Below, piece after piece: positions 1-9,822 of a stretch of 64,000 nt of DNA. Origin of the DNA: a virus. Its lineage: Duplodnaviria; Caudoviricetes. The position numbers were made by a program, and so were the translations under genes. Position 1 is the stretch's first letter; every line of letters begins with the position of its first letter. The notes under the pieces are model-generated. The model made no database searches, had not been told where the DNA came from, and worked only from the letters and a program-made list of their open reading frames with translations. The stretch is from positions 1-64,000 of the IMG/VR virus record IMGVR_UViG_645948442_000001, one strand, 5' to 3'.

Positions 1-5
1 ATGAA

Positions 6-33
6 AGCCCTCGGTCTCAAGCCGAGGGCTTTT
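6..33 (+). terminator. Rho-independent terminator of the upstream gene
   Basis: AAGCCCTCGG-tctcaag-CCGAGGGCTT followed by a T run. Confidence 0.7.
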
Positions 34-72
34 GTGTTTATCCACACCCACAACAAACTGGAGTATTTTGGC

Positions 73-2901
73 ATGATCGTCGAAGAGAATCAAGAGCGTT
101 CCGTCATCCTGGCCACCAACAATGTCGAGCACATGGCCATCAAGCAGAATTCCAAGGCCGTCATGGTCATGGTGGATCGCTTGTACAGCAAAAAGCGGGA
201 GGCTGTGGTGCGTGAACTGGGCGCCAATGCGATGGACGCCCACAAGATCATCGGCAATCCCAACCCGTTCACCATCATCATGCCTTCTGGCCTGGACCCC
301 AACATCACCTTCATCGACGAAGGCCCCGGTCTCAGCTGGGATGATTGCAGGCGTTATCTGGGCACCCTGTTCGAGTCCTCGAAGGATGGCGAGAACCTGT
401 CCGTGGGTCACTACGGCCTGGGCTCCAAGTCTCCCCACACCGTAGCAGGCTCCTATGTGATCGAGAGCCGTCACGGCGGCAAGCTGATCAAGTCGGCCTG
501 GTTCCGCGACGGCGAAGATACACCCAAGTTCATGAAGGTGTCCGAAGAGGACTGGGACGGCCCGACGGGCATCACCTTCCGTATCCCATGCCCCGTGGAA
601 GACCATTCCATGTGGATCCGCGCGATCAAGACACAGACAGCAGGCATGAAGCCTCGTCCCAAGGTGTTTGACCTTGGCGTTGAAGTCGAGGGCTTATACG
701 ACGACAAGTTGCTGTTCAGCCACGGCCCCATCGATGTGGTGGAATCCCCGAACCTGAAGAATTTCTTTGGTCGGGACATCGTTAACATGGGCGGCATTCT
801 GTATCCCATGTCCAACATCGATGAACTTGTGTCCATCGCCGTCACAGTCAAGGACAACTTCGTCCGCATCATCAACGTCCCCATCGGCGCTTGCCTCCCG
901 CCTCCCCACCGCGAGGCTCTGGAAGACTGCAAGACCACCCAGGATGGTATCAACAAGGCCATCCTGGAAGGCAACGAAGCCTGGCATGCATTCATCAAAG
1001 GCAAGTTGAAGCTGTCGCCCATCCCCAAGGAACTCAAGACCAAGGACATCATCCCAACCATCAACAAGATGTACGAGGAACAGCATGAGGCGGTCAAACA
1101 AGAGCACATATTCGTGCAGGTCGCGATCCATGAACATCTGTCTGAGCACGTGTCCGCCCTGCGTACCTGGTTGCGCCACCGCTGTGCCACTCTCAAGTTC
1201 TTCGATTTGTCGATCAAGCGGGCCTGGCGCGGTCGAGACGATGATGCAGCAGTGCAACACTACATCGACCTGGACGTGAACTGCATCATGCGTCACGGCA
1301 TAAACGACACTTTCTATCTCGATGAAGAGCATGCTGAAGTGGCCAAGGAACGCGGCCCCCGTGTGGCTATCCTGGCCCAGCACGGAATGGTGGTCGATGC
1401 GGATTCGCAACGGGACGGGTCTCAACCCACATGGGACGAGCAATTCGCCACCAATCACAAGGGCGAGACGAACTACCAGACGATCAAGTTGCGCACCAAC
1501 GGTCGCAGGGAAGCCTGCACCTTGCTCCGCACCCGCATCAATACTGTGAGCAAGCACGAAGACCACGAACGGACCTCAGACTTCTCCCTACATTACGCAG
1601 AACCAGGTTCCTTGTTGGTCTTCACCGACATGAAGAACAACGTCCACACCCCCAACCAAAGGCGTTGGTTGCACTCGCTGGTGGTCAAGGGCGTCGAACC
1701 CACCAGCGAATCGATGTCCGATCTGGACATCAAGTTGATCGACAGGCAGCTGTCCGACCACCCCAAGGCAGTGGTCCACCGCATAGGTCAAATGGTGTTC
1801 GAGAACGTGGAAGCGGACGAGGCCTTGAACAAGGAAATCCGTGAAGAGTTCTTCATGATTCTGGATGAGCTCGGCTACAAAGTTCGTCATGTGCCTGAAG
1901 TGGTGACCATCGAACGCAAGCGCGGTGATCGGGTGAATCTGTCCGGTCTGCGGGTTCTGCGCCGCGAAGACCTGCATCGCCAGAAGCATGATGAAGTTTG
2001 CGGCGACTTCACCATGACCCCGGCCTGGGTTCCGGTGCCCTCTCTCAAGCCGTTTGAGAAGGATGAGGACTACAACGCCAACCGTCAATACAACCACATC
2101 TTCGTGTACTCGGCGGAAAGCGAGAAAGAGGTGTACCTGGACGCCAATCGCAAGGTCAAGGTGAGCAAGGCGTGGTTGATCGAAGTGCTGAAATGCTTCA
2201 GCCGTGGTGAGGTCACTGGTCATCGCACCAGCAACCTGGAACTCATCAGACTGGGCAAGGACGGAAGCCTGCGCTACAAGATCGGCAAGATCAAGGAAGG
2301 TTGGTCGGTGGAGTTAGACCTGCTGAGGGCATACAACATACACAACGACCCCAAGTTGATGGAAGCCAATCCCATCATCTACCAGTGGGAAATGTTGCTG
2401 GCTGGCGTCGGTATGGAGAATATCGTTCGGGGCACCTATGGGCGTAATGGTATCATCTCGTTGTATGATCGCAAGGGGGCCAAGGCCCGCAAGATCATCA
2501 GGCATCTGTGCACCTTCATGACCGAGTCCGGAATGCCCGTGATGGGATACAAGCCTCAAGTGCTCCTGGAGGCATACGTCCAGCTGCAATACGCACATGA
2601 ATTCATACATGTGCTGCGTCGCAGCCACTGCTCGGACATCAACCGCATCCGCCAAGGGCGACCCCCTGAATCGGCTGACTGGTACATGCCCATGTCCGTG
2701 CGTTCCTATTGGTCCAGCCGTTGGTCCAAAGCCGTCAACAATGTGGTGAAGAATCGTCTGCTGGACGCTATCAGCATTTCGGACAATTATTGCCTTTGGG
2801 GGTTGAAGGATACCGTTGACTTGGTGTCCCGAGACCTCAGGAGCAATCCCCTCTACCGCGATATGGTATCGGCGGTGTGCGATTCCAAGGCTCAGGTATA
2901 A
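73..2901 (+). CDS. rIIA: rIIA-like protein (N-terminal GHKL/HSP90-like ATPase)
   Basis: LYSKKREAVVRELGANAMDAH, DEGPGLS and GHYGLGSKSP are GHKL motifs; directly followed by rIIB. ATG at 73 has GGAG upstream and lies after the terminator. Confidence 0.9.
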   Translation: MIVEENQERSVILATNNVEHMAIKQNSKAVMVMVDRLYSKKREAVVRELGANAMDAHKIIGNPNPFTIIMPSGLDPNITFIDEGPGLSWDDCRRYLGTLFESSKDGENLSVGHYGLGSKSPHTVAGSYVIESRHGGKLIKSAWFRDGEDTPKFMKVSEEDWDGPTGITFRIPCPVEDHSMWIRAIKTQTAGMKPRPKVFDLGVEVEGLYDDKLLFSHGPIDVVESPNLKNFFGRDIVNMGGILYPMSNIDELVSIAVTVKDNFVRIINVPIGACLPPPHREALEDCKTTQDGINKAILEGNEAWHAFIKGKLKLSPIPKELKTKDIIPTINKMYEEQHEAVKQEHIFVQVAIHEHLSEHVSALRTWLRHRCATLKFFDLSIKRAWRGRDDDAAVQHYIDLDVNCIMRHGINDTFYLDEEHAEVAKERGPRVAILAQHGMVVDADSQRDGSQPTWDEQFATNHKGETNYQTIKLRTNGRREACTLLRTRINTVSKHEDHERTSDFSLHYAEPGSLLVFTDMKNNVHTPNQRRWLHSLVVKGVEPTSESMSDLDIKLIDRQLSDHPKAVVHRIGQMVFENVEADEALNKEIREEFFMILDELGYKVRHVPEVVTIERKRGDRVNLSGLRVLRREDLHRQKHDEVCGDFTMTPAWVPVPSLKPFEKDEDYNANRQYNHIFVYSAESEKEVYLDANRKVKVSKAWLIEVLKCFSRGEVTGHRTSNLELIRLGKDGSLRYKIGKIKEGWSVELDLLRAYNIHNDPKLMEANPIIYQWEMLLAGVGMENIVRGTYGRNGIISLYDRKGAKARKIIRHLCTFMTESGMPVMGYKPQVLLEAYVQLQYAHEFIHVLRRSHCSDINRIRQGRPPESADWYMPMSVRSYWSSRWSKAVNNVVKNRLLDAISISDNYCLWGLKDTVDLVSRDLRSNPLYRDMVSAVCDSKAQV

Positions 2902-2902
2902 T
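2897..2902 (+). promoter_or_regulatory. TATAAT -10 box for rIIB, followed by a leader hairpin
   Basis: CAGGTATAAT, a member of the recurrent (A/G)G(C/G)TATAAT motif; hairpin TTGGGGAG..CTCCCCAA at about 2913-2935. Confidence 0.55.
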
Positions 2903-2963
2903 TTGAGCACCGTTGGGGAGGCGGTTCCTCCCCAAATGTCATTCCACATACAAGGAACACTCA

Positions 2964-4331
2964 ATGAGCAAGCAAGTGAAGAAGTCTTTCGGTGCAGTAT
3001 TGATGGGCACGTGCCTGTTGGTCTTCTGGGGCAGCGACACCCACCAGATCGCAAACACCCACGACCAGTACGACAAGGTCAAGGGTCTGATCGACCAATA
3101 CGCCGCCAACAAGCCGAAGACCGGCGACTGGCTGCTGTCCAAGGCCGAGTGGGACGAGATCAACCGTCTGCTGGACTACAAGGTGCAGGTCCAGGAATCC
3201 AACATCAAGGGTCTGGTCCTGGGCAACAACGGGCAGGTGCTGGTCGACAACGTTCCGGTGCAGGGCAAGCTCGGCGCCGTGCTCCAGTCCTTCCTGATGG
3301 GCAAGCGCGACGACGGCCACAAGTTCGTGAAGTTCCACCGCAACCTCCAGAACGCCAGCAAGTCGGCCAAGGACAACCTGTTCAACTTCATCGAGCACCA
3401 AGGCATCTCGATGGATGACGAAGGCAACATCCTGGCCCTGAAGATCGTCGACGACAACTTCAAGGACCTGTACACCCACAGCCTGGACAACACACCGGGC
3501 CGCACGGTCAAGATGGACCGCAACAAGGTGGTCGAGGACCCCGAAACCCACTGCGCAGCTGGCCTCCACGTCTGCTCCCCGGGCTACCTGCATGCCTATG
3601 GCGCGGGGCACAATCCCACCCTGCTGGTTAGCATCAAGCCCGAACACTTCGTGTCCGTGCCCAGCGACTACAGCTTCAACAAGGCCCGGGTGTGCGAGTA
3701 TGTGGTGCTCCAGAACCTCGGCCCGCGCAGCAAGGTCCAGGACATGGGCAACACCATCGAGCAAATCCTCGAGAAGGTGGACAAGAACAAGCACGCAGCC
3801 AAGCTGGAACAGGTGGCCGTCGAGGGCAAGGGCCTGGTGTACGAAGACACCCCCAAGCCCGCCCCCAAGAAGCGTCGCCCGTCGGTCAAGAAGGTGGCCA
3901 CCAAGGTGACCGACGCAACTCCCAAGACCCACGTCACTGAAGTCTTGCGCGACATCAAGGCCGGGCGCGTGAGCAAGAGCGACGCAGCCGGCAAGCTGAT
4001 CAACTACGGCGTCACCGCATCTGCGGCCGCCATGCATCTGGGGGTGTCCGCCTCGACTGTCCGCCGCTGGGCTGCGCAAACGAACGTGGCCGCCGCGAAG
4101 CCCGCAGGCAAGACTGTCGCAAAGGCCAAACCAACGGTCGAAGACCAGAAATCGGCCATCCTGCTGAAGCTCTCCAAGGCCCGCAACACCTTCGGCGCCA
4201 CTGCCAGCGACATCGCAGTGGCGAAGAAGACGGCAGCCAAGTCCCTGTCCAAGTTGGGCTTGGGCCTCATCGACATCGCTGACTACATCGACGCCTCGGT
4301 CTCCTCGGTCCGCAAGTACCTCAAAGACTGA
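2964..4331 (+). CDS. rIIB: rIIB-like protein with C-terminal tandem HTH extension
   Basis: rIIB core motifs LALKIVDDNFKD, VKMDRNKV, CAAGLHVCS, VSVPSDY, KARVCEYVV; SD AAGGA before ATG 2964. Confidence 0.9.
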   Translation: MSKQVKKSFGAVLMGTCLLVFWGSDTHQIANTHDQYDKVKGLIDQYAANKPKTGDWLLSKAEWDEINRLLDYKVQVQESNIKGLVLGNNGQVLVDNVPVQGKLGAVLQSFLMGKRDDGHKFVKFHRNLQNASKSAKDNLFNFIEHQGISMDDEGNILALKIVDDNFKDLYTHSLDNTPGRTVKMDRNKVVEDPETHCAAGLHVCSPGYLHAYGAGHNPTLLVSIKPEHFVSVPSDYSFNKARVCEYVVLQNLGPRSKVQDMGNTIEQILEKVDKNKHAAKLEQVAVEGKGLVYEDTPKPAPKKRRPSVKKVATKVTDATPKTHVTEVLRDIKAGRVSKSDAAGKLINYGVTASAAAMHLGVSASTVRRWAAQTNVAAAKPAGKTVAKAKPTVEDQKSAILLKLSKARNTFGATASDIAVAKKTAAKSLSKLGLGLIDIADYIDASVSSVRKYLKD

Positions 4332-4411
4332 AGTCGTACCGGCGCAGATGGTTATCGGTTGGCCTGGAGCAATCCAGGCTATAATTGAGCCATCTGAACA
4401 GGAGCGTCATC

Positions 4412-4543
4412 ATGGAAGCGTACATCAACACGAACAGCCCCAACACTCTGGATGATATCATCGCCCAGCAGAGGGGATTGGGTTACACCAAGTTCAGGTT
4501 CAAGATGTCGTCCGATGAGCTCTGGTTGGTCTGCTCCCTTTGA
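4412..4543 (+). CDS. Small 43-aa hypothetical protein (MEAYINTNSPNTLDD...)
   Basis: Has its own TATAAT (4380-4385), SD AGGAG and a downstream terminator; below the ORF-track size cutoff. Confidence 0.65.
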   Translation: MEAYINTNSPNTLDDIIAQQRGLGYTKFRFKMSSDELWLVCSL

Positions 4544-4548
4544 CCCAA

Positions 4549-4583
4549 CAAAAATGCCCCTGGTTCTCACCAGGGGCATTTTT
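4549..4583. terminator. Bidirectional terminator
   Basis: AAAAATGCCCCTGG-ttctca-CCAGGGGCATTTTT between convergent genes. Confidence 0.85.
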
Positions 4584-6955
4584 CATTGCAGACCCCGACG
4601 GTGGGAGTCATCCGGGTTGCGGGTCGTCAACGGGGTGTTGGTGTAGCTATTGTTGTTCACCACACTCTTGCGGTTATCAACCGCAGTCACCACGTTCTGA
4701 GCGGCAGCCTTGTCCTCAACCTTGTCCATGAACTTGTCGTGCTCGGCAGTCTTCCCAGCCAGGTCGTTGGACGGCCTGTCGATGGCTGCGAGCATTTCCA
4801 ACTTCTGCTCCCGGGTGGGGCCGCTGTCCACGGGCTTGTTCAGGTTCTCTGGTGTGGGGATTTCCTTGTCGATGTCTCCACGCCGCACGGGCTTGGGTTC
4901 ATCGGACTTGAAGAGTCCACCCACCTTGTCCAACAGCCACTTGCCCCCAGGCACGTTCTCGGCGATGGCCTTCGCTGCGCCTTCCATCAGGTTGCTGACC
5001 CACTCGGAGACAGTATCCTTCATAGAGGTGAACAACTCACCAGCATCGCTTGCCCACTTGGAGACCGTCTCTGGTAGATCAGCCAGGTTCTTGGCCACGA
5101 ACCCGGTCACTGTCTCCTCAATCTTCCAATCGAAGCCAAACAGGCTGCCGATGGAGTCGATGATGCCAGTCACAGAGCCGATGGCCTTGCCGATACCAGC
5201 AGACACCTTGTCCCAGGTGGTGAGCTCGGCTGCGTCCTTCCCGAGGATGTCCGCTGCCTTGCTGTACCCATCGAAGAAGTCATAGACCGCCAGACCGGCT
5301 GCCAGGATTTGGCCCACCACAGGCACCGTCTTGGCCGACTGAAGAAGCGTCTTGCCTGCCTTGAGGATACCCTTGCCGGACTCACCCAACTTGGATATTG
5401 CCTTGCCAGCAGTCGACAGACCTTCCTTCACTCCGCCTGCGATGTCTTTGGCCTTGCCCAACACATTGGTTGTAGCGCTGGTGAACAGGCCCTTGACAGC
5501 TGCACCGGCCTTGGAGGCGGCGCCCATGATGTTGGAGGGCTTCAAGGCTTCGAACACAGCCTGAGCTCCTCTCACCCAGTTCATGGGGTTGAGTAGCTTC
5601 AGGGCTGTCTTACCAACACTGGTCACTGCCTTGCCGATAAAGCCGAGGATCATAGGGATGGCACCGCCCAGGATACCCGACAGTGCTCCTTGAATCGCGC
5701 CACCTATCATGCTCAGACCCTTGGCCTCGGGCTTCGCCGCGCCACCCAGGAGGGATGGCTTATCCTTCTTGACTCGCAGACGGTCCTTCGACCCCTGGAG
5801 AGACTGTTGCTTGGCCATCGCCAGGGTTTGCTCTTGCAATCCCTTGATGTCGACCAACTCCTTGTCGATGGATTCCAGCAGCTTCTTCTCTTGCTCATGG
5901 GAATCATCAGTCTTCGGAGCATCGCTGAAACGGCTCTCAATAGCAGCAGTCAGGTTCTCAATGGCGCGAGAGGTCGCTTCATCCGTCTTGGTCAGACCCT
6001 GCTCGGCAGTCATCTTGGGCTTCTGAACGCCATCCTTCGGCTTGAACTTGCCTGTCTGATCCCTCTCGGGCATGGCGCGTTCAACCTTGGGCTTGTCCAG
6101 TTGACCCTTGTCCTTCTCCAGAGTCTTCTGCCACTCATCCCAGGTCTCCATCCTGGGCGTCGGATTCTGCTTTTCGACGTCAGGAACCACCTTCTGAATA
6201 GAGGGGGCTGGCGGCTGGGTTACGGGCACAACCGTGGGTGGCGGAGACAGGGTTCCCTGCTCCTTGGCTGGCTCAACTGACTCTTCCTTCTTTGGGGTTG
6301 CTGCTGTCTTCGCAGCCTGCTCCAATTTCTTGGAGGCATCCTTGATGGACTCGGCAGCGGCTTCCAGGTCTTCCTCAGTCGCTGAAGACTCCTTGGACCG
6401 GGCGATAATCTCCTTGGTCCTGTCCTTCGCTGCAGTAGCAACGTTGGCAGCCAGCTTCAGGAAAGGCGAGGCCTCGCTCCAGAAACCCTCCTTGAACTTG
6501 CTGAACACATCCCTCTTGGGACTCATGCGTTCAACCAGAGACTTGAAAAGGCCGACCTGCTTCTCCCCGTTCTCGATCATAGCGTCGAGTGAGTTGAGCA
6601 TGTCTGTCGAGTCGATGCCTGTCTCATGAGACAGGTTGATCAGCTCGGAACGGACTTCGCGCAAACCTTGTACGGCAGCCTTGCGGTCATCCAGATTGCC
6701 ACTCTTGATGGCACTCATGGACCTGTTGAGAGACTCAACAACATCCTTGCGCATGCTATCGATTCTCTCGCCGTCAGACTTCCCGGCATTCATCTTCTGG
6801 AGCAGCTTCTGCATGTCCCCAGATTTGTCCGGCTGGGCGGGGTTGTCTGGAGCCTTGGCAGGCGCCCGGCTCGTCCCGGCCTGATCACTCGGCTGCGATT
6901 TCTGGCTTGGTGTCTGAGGGCTTTGAGACGGCTTGTTCTGCTCTGGACTTGTCAT
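4583..6955 (-). CDS. Tape measure / baseplate hub tail-length determinator (gp29-like)
   Basis: 790 aa, helical and Ala/Gly/Lys-rich with hydrophobic stretches; downstream of gp48-gp53-gp27-like genes. Confidence 0.7.
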   Translation of the reverse strand: MTSPEQNKPSQSPQTPSQKSQPSDQAGTSRAPAKAPDNPAQPDKSGDMQKLLQKMNAGKSDGERIDSMRKDVVESLNRSMSAIKSGNLDDRKAAVQGLREVRSELINLSHETGIDSTDMLNSLDAMIENGEKQVGLFKSLVERMSPKRDVFSKFKEGFWSEASPFLKLAANVATAAKDRTKEIIARSKESSATEEDLEAAAESIKDASKKLEQAAKTAATPKKEESVEPAKEQGTLSPPPTVVPVTQPPAPSIQKVVPDVEKQNPTPRMETWDEWQKTLEKDKGQLDKPKVERAMPERDQTGKFKPKDGVQKPKMTAEQGLTKTDEATSRAIENLTAAIESRFSDAPKTDDSHEQEKKLLESIDKELVDIKGLQEQTLAMAKQQSLQGSKDRLRVKKDKPSLLGGAAKPEAKGLSMIGGAIQGALSGILGGAIPMILGFIGKAVTSVGKTALKLLNPMNWVRGAQAVFEALKPSNIMGAASKAGAAVKGLFTSATTNVLGKAKDIAGGVKEGLSTAGKAISKLGESGKGILKAGKTLLQSAKTVPVVGQILAAGLAVYDFFDGYSKAADILGKDAAELTTWDKVSAGIGKAIGSVTGIIDSIGSLFGFDWKIEETVTGFVAKNLADLPETVSKWASDAGELFTSMKDTVSEWVSNLMEGAAKAIAENVPGGKWLLDKVGGLFKSDEPKPVRRGDIDKEIPTPENLNKPVDSGPTREQKLEMLAAIDRPSNDLAGKTAEHDKFMDKVEDKAAAQNVVTAVDNRKSVVNNNSYTNTPLTTRNPDDSHRRGLQ

Positions 6956-8240
6956 ACACAGGCTCCTTGTTCATTTTCTCGTTGATGTCAACAGCATAGC
7001 CATTCTTGACCAGTTCAAGCACTGTGGTGAAGGATTCCCGGGTGATGACTTGCTTCAAAGAGCACACCAACCATCGACCGGAAGACACTTGTTCAGTGCG
7101 GTATCCGGAGATGGATCGATCTGGTATCTCAAGCTCCACCACCACGCCAGCCCGCAAGGAGCTGTTGCCTGGGACTGCGATGATCACCCTCTGGTCGTCG
7201 ATCAAAGAAGCGTTCATCTGACGATAGTAGTGCCCCTCGTGGGACTTATCCTCCCTCACCATCAGAACGTCGCCATACACATCACGCCCATACACGTATG
7301 GGTCCACCAATGGGTATTCCTCAACCTTGAAGAACTGCTTGTTCGATGCCATGGTCCTGTAGTCCGCCGATTGGCTCAGCTTGAACCGCTGGGTTGTCGG
7401 GTCCAAGAACACATAGCGAGATCCATACCCATGCTCAGCGAACTGTCGCATGCGGTCATGGTATGGCTTGATTTCGTACTTCAGCACCCGATTGAACTTG
7501 CGGTTGAAGTCACCGGCGTCCTGGGACACGCCACCCGGCTCAATTCTGTAGCTGGCCACAGACTCGCCATGGAGCATGTTCTTGATGCTGAAGAAGTTGA
7601 ACCCATCCAAAGTCTCAAAGAAGTAGAATGGCTCGTGATCCTCACCCATGGTACGGCGTGAGATTTCGAGCACACACTTGATTGGCGACCAGTTGGGTGC
7701 GATGAATTTCTGCACATACAGAGTCTCATCCATCACAAATGGCTTGGGATTGGGCAGGTCCGGGCGGTCAGGGTCAGTGAAGTTGTCCAGAATCTTTGCC
7801 ACGATCTCGCCATATGTGCCCTTGTAAGACTTGCTCAGGGTCATGTTGGCGTCCACCCAACGCTCAGGAGTCACCAGGTCCAACACCAACACAGACAAAT
7901 TCTGACCGTCCTGGGACAGCTCCTTGCTGGTGATCTTGGCGATGATGTACTTGGCCGAACGTTCCTGGTCCAGTGTCGGGGTCTTGTACCTGATGTCCAG
8001 GCGCTCACCGCCCACCACAGGGAAGTTGTCGGTGATGTTGGCATAGTCCATGAGCACAATCTTGGCAGACATGATGTCATGGATGTCTTCGTAGAAGTCA
8101 AGCTCGTACATCATTTCCTTGATGTCGAACTTCTCCTCGTTGGTCCAACCCTCACGGTACAGCAGGATGGAGTTGATCTCCATCTGCTCCAAAGGGTTGT
8201 ACAACGATTCATCAGCGGGTGCTTGTTCGACGGAACTCAT
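6885..8240 (-). CDS. Baseplate hub protein (gp27-like)
   Basis: FYEDI, FPVVGGE, FYFFET..GFNFFSI, VPGNSSLRAG, SGRWLV motifs; synteny. Confidence 0.7.
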   Translation of the reverse strand: MSSVEQAPADESLYNPLEQMEINSILLYREGWTNEEKFDIKEMMYELDFYEDIHDIMSAKIVLMDYANITDNFPVVGGERLDIRYKTPTLDQERSAKYIIAKITSKELSQDGQNLSVLVLDLVTPERWVDANMTLSKSYKGTYGEIVAKILDNFTDPDRPDLPNPKPFVMDETLYVQKFIAPNWSPIKCVLEISRRTMGEDHEPFYFFETLDGFNFFSIKNMLHGESVASYRIEPGGVSQDAGDFNRKFNRVLKYEIKPYHDRMRQFAEHGYGSRYVFLDPTTQRFKLSQSADYRTMASNKQFFKVEEYPLVDPYVYGRDVYGDVLMVREDKSHEGHYYRQMNASLIDDQRVIIAVPGNSSLRAGVVVELEIPDRSISGYRTEQVSSGRWLVCSLKQVITRESFTTVLELVKNGYAVDINEKMNKEPVYDKSRAEQAVSKPSDTKPEIAAE

Positions 8241-8754
8241 CCCTCAACTCCCTGTCGACTGGCCCAACCCAGTCTGGGTCAAGCAATACAATGTTTCGAC
8301 GAGCCTCATTCAAGCCGCGCTCGTAGTCCTCGATTGAGATGGGCGTGAGACCCTCCAGGGCGATGGCACTCTCAACCGTGATGCCTCGCAGGATGGAAAT
8401 GGCCAATGGACTTTGCACCACACCCAGTTCATCCACATAGTGATGGGTCTCGCCCGGCTCGTTGTCCGGCCACTTCTTGCTGATGTGCTCTCTGAGCTCC
8501 ATCTCGGTCATGGGCCAGTCGTTCATGATGTCATCCATACCGTTGTACAGATAAATCAAGTACCACAGGCTTTCCGAACCATACAGGCGCAAGGCAATCT
8601 GCTCTGGCCGCTCACCCTCTCGGATGGTGTACTTGAGCCAATACTTCGCGTTCTTGTACTTGGCGGCGATGGAAGCGAATTTGGTCGTGTCGGGTATTGC
8701 GATGTTGCCCATGCCGGGCACGTTGAACATCGTCAAGCCATAGTAGCGCAGCAT
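8212..8754 (-). CDS. gp53: Baseplate wedge protein gp53 (LysM-like)
   Basis: YTIREGERPEQIALRLYGS..LWYLI...N...MNDWP and NEARRNIVLL. Confidence 0.88.
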   Translation of the reverse strand: MLRYYGLTMFNVPGMGNIAIPDTTKFASIAAKYKNAKYWLKYTIREGERPEQIALRLYGSESLWYLIYLYNGMDDIMNDWPMTEMELREHISKKWPDNEPGETHHYVDELGVVQSPLAISILRGITVESAIALEGLTPISIEDYERGLNEARRNIVLLDPDWVGPVDRELRDEFRRTSTR

Positions 8755-8763
8755 CGCAACTCC

Positions 8764-9766
8764 TCAATAGCTGTTGTTGGGGTCTTCCATGTTCTCCTTG
8801 GACAGGACGAACAGCTCCGTGAACTGCAGGTCAATGACCGTGGAGGATGGCACTTCGGCGGTGCCGTCGCCAGATCGAATCACACTGAACTCACCATTGG
8901 GGGTTCGATTCACCGAGACGGCAGTCAGGGCGCAGGTACCGATCTTGGGCCACCACTTGCTCTCCTTGCCGGTGGTGATGTCGACAAAGTGAATATCAAA
9001 CGTCCAGGGCGCCCGGTAGAACGACCCATTCTTCTCACCAAACAGCATGTCAGGCATCTGGGCGTAACGGAATCGGTGGACGATCTGTCGAATGGTCTCT
9101 GCCTCCTCGGCATTGCGCGGTGTCAATGTCCACTGGAATGGGAAGAAGCGGTTGTTGACCGAACCGAAGATCACTTCAGCGAAGGCATTCTGCTTGGCCC
9201 CAGTGGCCAACTCAGTGAAAGAACGGATGTTGGGGCCACCGGCAGCCTCAACGCCACCAGCCACCATACGGGGCACCGACTGGAGCACCTGGCTGAAGGC
9301 GTGATCAGTGTCAGAGCCGAACAGGTTGGCCGCCGCGCCAATGGAACCCATCTCAACTGTGTTCCAATTGGCCACCAGGTTGTCGATAACTTGCTGGGGC
9401 GGGGGGCAGAATGATGGTGTATGGGGTCTTCACATAGGTGCCGCCACCAAATTCCGAGGCCTTGTTGGGGTCACGCATGGACTTGTTGCCTGCGTCGCGC
9501 TGCATGGACACTTCAGTGTTGTCTTCACCATAGAAATTCTTGGTGATGCCCATGGAGTTCATGCCAGTGATCAGCTGCTCGTAGGCACGCTTGTCCTTCT
9601 CCTTGGCCGCACTGGTTGTCTTGTTCAGCTCGAACACCATGGCGATGCCGGGGTGGTCAGGTTTCGGGGACTTCAGATCAGACGGCCACATCAGCTGTTG
9701 GTTGATCTGGGATGTTGGGTTGTTGCTGGAATTGAGCTTATCCAGCTTGCTCTTGACAGATGACAT
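8764..9766 (-). CDS. gp48: Baseplate tail-tube cap gp48-like, interrupted by one extra base (ORFs 9353-9766 and 8764-9375)
   Basis: C-terminal part has R.FPFQWTLTPRNAEEA..I..I..RF, CALTAVSVNRTPNG and LQFTEL; removing one G of the run at 9401-9406 gives a single 333-aa ORF. Confidence 0.8.
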
Positions 9767-9781
9767 ATCGGGCCTCCGTTG

Positions 9782-9788
9782 TATTTAT
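9782..9788 (-). promoter_or_regulatory. T4-type late promoter ATAAATA
   Basis: 16 nt upstream of the gp48 start; resembles the T4 gp55 box TATAAATA. Confidence 0.7.
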
Positions 9789-9794
9789 CAAAAC

Positions 9795-9820
9795 AAAAGG
9801 GAGCCCTGTTGGGCTCCCTT
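9795..9820 (-). terminator. Terminator after gp4
   Basis: AAGGGAGCCC-tgtt-GGGCTCCCTT with an A run on the left. Confidence 0.75.
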
Positions 9821-9822
9821 GA

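Noticed and set aside
1-72. rIIA start at position 1
   Set aside because: The segment contains a terminator hairpin; ATG 73 has an SD and is the more plausible start.
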